Of a stretch of DNA of 64,000 bases, positions 59,792 to 64,000 are shown in pieces. The stretch is from an uncultured delta proteobacterium (lineage in GTDB: Bacteria > Myxococcota_A > Polyangia > Fen-1088): positions 192,001-256,000 of the forward strand of contig CAVYGB010000002.1 of NCBI GenBank assembly GCA_963767925.1, in the 5' to 3' direction. The position numbers and the translations under genes are program-made. Positions within the stretch are counted from its first letter, which is position 1. Each line of letters starts with the position of its first letter. The notes beneath the pieces are model-generated. The model was given only the letters and a program-made list of their open reading frames with translations, had not been told where the DNA came from and did no database searches.

Positions 59792-60670
59792 ATGAACCGG
59801 TCTGAACGCGCGCCCGAGCCGGGACCCGGCAGCATCATCGACGGGGCCTACCGGCTCAACCGGGTGCTGTCCCAGGGGGGGATGGGGACGGTCTACGAGG
59901 CGATCCAGCTCCGCCTGAACCGGCGGGTGGCGGTGAAGATCATGGCCGCCGAGCTGACCGAGAACCCCGACGCCATGGCCCGCTTCCGCCGGGAGGTCAA
60001 GGTGACCGCCCAGCTCGCCCACCCCAATGTCGTGCAGCTCCTCGACTACGGCAGCACGACCTCGGGGCAGCCCTACCTCGTGACCGAGTTCCTCGAGGGG
60101 GAAGACCTCGAGCAGCGGCTCGAGCGGGTCTCGCAGATGTTGCTGTCGTCGGTCTTGCCCCTGCTGCGCCAGATGGTCTCGGCGCTGGCCGCCATCCACG
60201 CCAAGGGGATCGTCCACCGCGACTTCAAGCCGGGCAACGTCCTGCTGCTGCAGATCGACGGGGCCATCGACTTCGTCAAGGTCGTCGACTTCGGCATCTC
60301 CAAGATCCGCAACTCCGACACGAAGCTCACCAAGAGCAGCACCATGATCGGCACGCCCGAATACATGTCGCCCGAGCAGGCCCTCGGCCGGGTCGACGAC
60401 GTCGACCACCGCAGCGACCAGTGGGCCCTGGCCTGCACGGTCTGGCGGATGTTGTGCGGCCACGCCCCCTTCACCGGCAACCACATCAACGTCCTCATCG
60501 ACCGGGTCGTGAACGAGGACCCGCCCCGCCTGCTCGACCTGGCCCCCCACGTCGTGCCCCAGGTCGAGAAGGTCCTGCGCCGGGCCATGGCCAAGCGCCA
60601 GTCACAACGCTTCCCCACGGTGATGGCCTTCCTCCGCGCCTTCGAAGCCGCCGCCGCCAGCGGGCATTGA
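59792..60670 (+). CDS. Ser/Thr protein kinase (catalytic domain only)
   Basis: GGMGTVY, VAVK, HRDFKPGN, DFG, GTPEYMSPE. Confidence 0.94.
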   Translation: MNRSERAPEPGPGSIIDGAYRLNRVLSQGGMGTVYEAIQLRLNRRVAVKIMAAELTENPDAMARFRREVKVTAQLAHPNVVQLLDYGSTTSGQPYLVTEFLEGEDLEQRLERVSQMLLSSVLPLLRQMVSALAAIHAKGIVHRDFKPGNVLLLQIDGAIDFVKVVDFGISKIRNSDTKLTKSSTMIGTPEYMSPEQALGRVDDVDHRSDQWALACTVWRMLCGHAPFTGNHINVLIDRVVNEDPPRLLDLAPHVVPQVEKVLRRAMAKRQSQRFPTVMAFLRAFEAAAASGH

Positions 60671-60818
60671 GCGTGGCGGCCCGCGCAGGCCGGGTGAGCG
60701 TGGTGCGCGGACGAAACGCGCGGTGAGCGTGGTGCGCGGGTGAGCGTGGTGCGCAGGCGAATGCGCGGGTGAGCGTGGTGCGCGGACGAAACGCGCGGTG
60801 AGCGTGGTGCGCGGGTGA
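60668..60818 (+). repeat. Irregular tandem array of GTGAGCGTGGTGCGC
   Basis: Cores at 60694, 60723, 60740, 60769, 60798 with short, reused linkers. Confidence 0.88.
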
Positions 60819-60844
60819 CGCGGCGGCGGACCGGCGGAGCGGGC

Positions 60845-61681
60845 GTGGTAGAAGCGCGCGTGTTTCCGGAGCTGCCCCTGTGGCGCTGGGTGCTGGGCGC
60901 GGCCTGCGCCTTTGCCGTCGGCATGGCCAAGACCGGCGTGCCCGGCCTCGGGATCCTCGTCGTGCCCCTCATGGTCCTCACCGTGGGCGACGCCCGCCAG
61001 TCCGCCGGCTGGCTGCTGCCCCTGCTGTGCACCGCCGACCTCTTCGCGGTGGTCTATTACCGCCGCCACGCCCGGACCCGCCGGCTGTTTTACCTCGCCC
61101 CCTGGGTCCTGATCGGCATGGCCGCAGGCTCGTTCGCCCTCGGCGCCAGCGAGCGGTACCTGCGCCCCCTGGTCGGCGCGATCGTCCTGGCGATGATCGC
61201 CCTGCACCTGCGGCGCCGCCGCGCGGCTGCCGCCGCAACGCCCGCAGACGTCCCCGCCGAGCGCGGCGCCGATCCGGGCGCACCCGCCGTCCCTCCGACC
61301 CCCGCGGCATTGGGGCGCGACCGGATGGGGCAGGCGGTGGGGTTCGGGGTGGTGGCCGGCTTCGCCACCATGGTGGCCAACGCCGCCGGCCCGGTCATGA
61401 ACCTCTACCTGCTCGCCCAGCGGCTCCCCAAACACGAGTTCATCGCCACCGGCGCCTGGTTCTTCCTCGTGATCAACCTCAGCAAGCTGCCGGTCTACCG
61501 GGCCCACGGCCTGATCGGCGCCCGCTCGCTGCTCTTCGACCTCGTCCTGGTCCCCGCGGTGGTGACCGGCGCCCTCTCCGGCCGGGCGATCTTCGATCGC
61601 CTGCCCCAGCGCGGCTTCGAGCTCATCGTTCTTTCCCTGACCACCCTCGCCGCCCTGCTGCTGCTGGCTCCCCGCGGGTAG
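60845..61681 (+). CDS. TauE/SafE-family transporter (start uncertain)
   Basis: VGMAKTGVPG, LLPLL..AD, GFATMVANAAGP, FF..IN..KLP. Confidence 0.9.
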   Translation: MVEARVFPELPLWRWVLGAACAFAVGMAKTGVPGLGILVVPLMVLTVGDARQSAGWLLPLLCTADLFAVVYYRRHARTRRLFYLAPWVLIGMAAGSFALGASERYLRPLVGAIVLAMIALHLRRRRAAAAATPADVPAERGADPGAPAVPPTPAALGRDRMGQAVGFGVVAGFATMVANAAGPVMNLYLLAQRLPKHEFIATGAWFFLVINLSKLPVYRAHGLIGARSLLFDLVLVPAVVTGALSGRAIFDRLPQRGFELIVLSLTTLAALLLLAPRG

Positions 61682-61719
61682 GGCCGCGGGGTCCTTCTCG
61701 CCGCCGGCGCTGGCGGCGC

Positions 61720-63315
61720 TCAGGGGCAGGGGGCGGACATGAGGCTGCCGAGGAGGGGGTGGGCGCCGTCGGCGGGGGTGGGGTTCTCGGTGAGGCAGGC
61801 GCCGGGGCTGACCTCGACGGTCGCGGCGGCGTCGGCGCTGGTGGACAGCTTCAACGTCCCCTCGACCAGCTCGAGACCGCCGGCGAAGGTGTCGCTCTCG
61901 GCGACCGTCTCGAGCACCACCCGGGCGCCACCGGCCGCCGGCGCGGCCAGCACGCCGTAGGTCTGCCCCTGCAGGTGCGCGTCGGGCGCCTCCTCGAAGT
62001 CGCCGGCCACGTGTTGCAGGCCGAAGGTGAGCCCCAGGTCGAAGCGCGGGGTGAGGGTGAAGCGGGCCTGGTCGCCGGCGATGGGCGCGATGGTCAGGTC
62101 CATCCGGTTGTTCTGGCCGGGGTTGAAGGCCAGCTCGAAGATGCGGGCCGCGCGCACCGCCACGAACGAGGGGCCGAGGCCCAGCCCCTGGAAGGCAAGC
62201 TCCTCGGCCGCCTCGGACAGGGTCATCGCCCCGTGCAGCCCGCCGACCGAGACGTGCAGATCGCGGTTGTCGGCCCCCAGGTCCCGGGGGTCCCAGGGCG
62301 CGCGCACGTCGACCTGGGGGATCGCGAGCTGCAGGGTCACGGTCTTCGCCACCCCGTCGCCGGTCAGGGCGAAGACCGGGTCGGCCGCCTTCATGGCGAA
62401 CGCGTGGTTCTCCCGGTCCTGGATGTCGAGGGCCTCGAGCACGCTCCAGCGCAGGCTCGCCTTCTCCTCGCCCAGCTTCTGCACCGCAAACCGGATGCGC
62501 CCCTGCAGCACCGCGAAGGGGAAGGGCTCGTCCCGCCGCTCGCCCTCGCCCTGCAGGGCCATGTTGGCGAAGGCCGTGGCCTGGCGGGCCATATCGAGGT
62601 CGGCCTCCCAGGCCAGCAGGTCGGAGTGGATCACGAGGACCGACAGCTCGAGCCGATCCGGCCCCAGCAGGATCTGGAAGCGGTAGCCGTCGCCGTCGCT
62701 GGTCACCACGATGCGCACCTGCAGCTTGGCCAGGTCGGCGCTGCAGCGGAGGTCGACCCGATCGACCCGGCCGCTGGCGATCTCCGAGGGGAGCGGCCGG
62801 CAGGTGGGATCGCCCTTCAGCAGATAGGTGGTGCTGGTGGCGTCGGTGCTCTCGACGTTCCCCGCGGCGAACAGGCGCGTCTCCAGCAGGGCCTCGACGT
62901 CGCCGGCGGTCTCGTCGACGTTCTCCTCCTCGCTGGCCAGCACCAGGAAGCTCGGGCGCGGGCGCAGCGATTTGAAGGCAGGCGTCTCCCAGAGGCGATC
63001 GAGGATCGGCGCCGGCAGGGGCCCGGGGAGAGCCTGGGCGGTCTCCGACTGGCGCGCGCCGGTCAGCCCTCCCGCCAGCCGGGACAGGACGCTGCCCTCG
63101 CCGGTGGAGAAGCTGAGCGCCCCGCCGAGCTGGCGGATGATGTCACCGGCGAACTGGGCCGACTTGCGGGCGGTGGTCGGCTGATCCACCGGCAGGGGAT
63201 CGACGTGGGCGTCGGCGCCGCCGTCCCGGCTGACAGCGGGCGAGGAGCCCCCCGCGCCACAACCGATCGCCCCCAGCACACCCAGCCCCAGCAGAAGCAA
63301 GTTTGTCCGCATCAT
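61720..63315 (-). CDS. Hypothetical lipoprotein
   Basis: MMRTNLLLLGLGVLGAIGC lipobox; GGAGGA RBS; typical codon bias. Confidence 0.82.
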   Translation of the reverse strand: MMRTNLLLLGLGVLGAIGCGAGGSSPAVSRDGGADAHVDPLPVDQPTTARKSAQFAGDIIRQLGGALSFSTGEGSVLSRLAGGLTGARQSETAQALPGPLPAPILDRLWETPAFKSLRPRPSFLVLASEEENVDETAGDVEALLETRLFAAGNVESTDATSTTYLLKGDPTCRPLPSEIASGRVDRVDLRCSADLAKLQVRIVVTSDGDGYRFQILLGPDRLELSVLVIHSDLLAWEADLDMARQATAFANMALQGEGERRDEPFPFAVLQGRIRFAVQKLGEEKASLRWSVLEALDIQDRENHAFAMKAADPVFALTGDGVAKTVTLQLAIPQVDVRAPWDPRDLGADNRDLHVSVGGLHGAMTLSEAAEELAFQGLGLGPSFVAVRAARIFELAFNPGQNNRMDLTIAPIAGDQARFTLTPRFDLGLTFGLQHVAGDFEEAPDAHLQGQTYGVLAAPAAGGARVVLETVAESDTFAGGLELVEGTLKLSTSADAAATVEVSPGACLTENPTPADGAHPLLGSLMSAPCP

Positions 63316-63375
63316 CCAGGATGGTCCTCCATATATGGTCGCGCGATGCAGGCGCGCGATATAGTCGCGCCCCTG

Positions 63376-64000
63376 ATGCTCGTCAGAGGTCGCCGCTTCC
63401 TGAATCTCGACGCTGCCGGCAAACGACGCCGCTTCGCTCCCGCCGTCAGCGCCCTGGCGCTGGCCCTCTCCCTGGCCGCGTCGACCGGGTGCGGCCGTCA
63501 ACAGAGTGGCGTGCCAGGCTTCATGCGCCCCTGGAACCGGCCGAGCGAGCCCTTCCGCGTCGTCGGCAACGTGTATTCGGTGGGCACCAGCGGCGTCGGC
63601 GTCTACCTCATCACCACCCCCGCCGGGCACATCTTGCTCGACAGCGCCTTCGAGGCGAGCGTGCCGATGATCGCCGAGAACATCCGCCGGCTGGGCTTCC
63701 AGCCCGCCGATGTCGAGCTGCTGCTGGCCAGCCACGGCCACATCGATCACGTCGGCGGCCACGCCCGCATGCGCGAGCTGACCGGCGCCCGGGTGCTGAT
63801 CTCCGCCCCCGACGCCCGCCTCCTGCGCGAGGGTGGCCGCAACGACTTCGCCTACGGGGACACGCTGGCCTTCCGCCCCTGCCCGCCCGACGGCCTCGTC
63901 GCCGACGGGCAGAAGGTCGAGCTCGGCGGCACCACGCTGGTCGCCCACCTGACCCCCGGCCACACCGAGGGCGCCACCACCTGGACCATGCAGGTCGAGG
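63376..64000 (+). CDS. Subclass B3 metallo-beta-lactamase (3' end outside window)
   Basis: Not in the ORF track. WNRPSEPFRVVGNVYSVGT..YLITTPAGHILLD..SHGHIDHVGG..TPGHTEGATTW. Confidence 0.92.
   Translation, partial: MLVRGRRFLNLDAAGKRRRFAPAVSALALALSLAASTGCGRQQSGVPGFMRPWNRPSEPFRVVGNVYSVGTSGVGVYLITTPAGHILLDSAFEASVPMIAENIRRLGFQPADVELLLASHGHIDHVGGHARMRELTGARVLISAPDARLLREGGRNDFAYGDTLAFRPCPPDGLVADGQKVELGGTTLVAHLTPGHTEGATTWTMQVE

Overview
Very high-GC bacterial DNA whose gene content (eukaryote-like Ser/Thr kinases, PEGA/TPR proteins, DUF1592/DUF1552 pair, many Gly/Pro/Cys-rich lipoproteins) points to Myxococcota (Polyangia-like); the taxonomy is an inference. About 50 genes can be supported, including plsX, aqpZ, a cobalt-type nitrile hydratase operon, a GH20 hexosaminidase, an Slt-like transglycosylase, a YegD-like Hsp70, an M16 peptidase, a RelE/Phd-type toxin-antitoxin pair and a subclass B3 metallo-beta-lactamase running off the right end. 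No rRNA, tRNA, transposase or CRISPR array was seen. Most unusual: (1) an ECF sigma factor fused through a TM helix to three DsbA-like CxxC domains; (2) an iron-uptake locus at 41.6-43.6 kb broken into at least six reordered fragments, one inverted; (3) a chain of three orphan gene 3' ends separated by palindromic repeats at 6.4-7.3 kb; (4) two coupled mini-copies of the nitrile hydratase beta N-terminus between alpha and beta; (5) several families of non-coding palindromic or tandem elements, one bracketing the YeeE/YedE pair. Several single-base frameshifts at G/C runs suggest sequencing errors, so the structural oddities need read-level confirmation. All family assignments come from motif recognition by eye, not from database searches.
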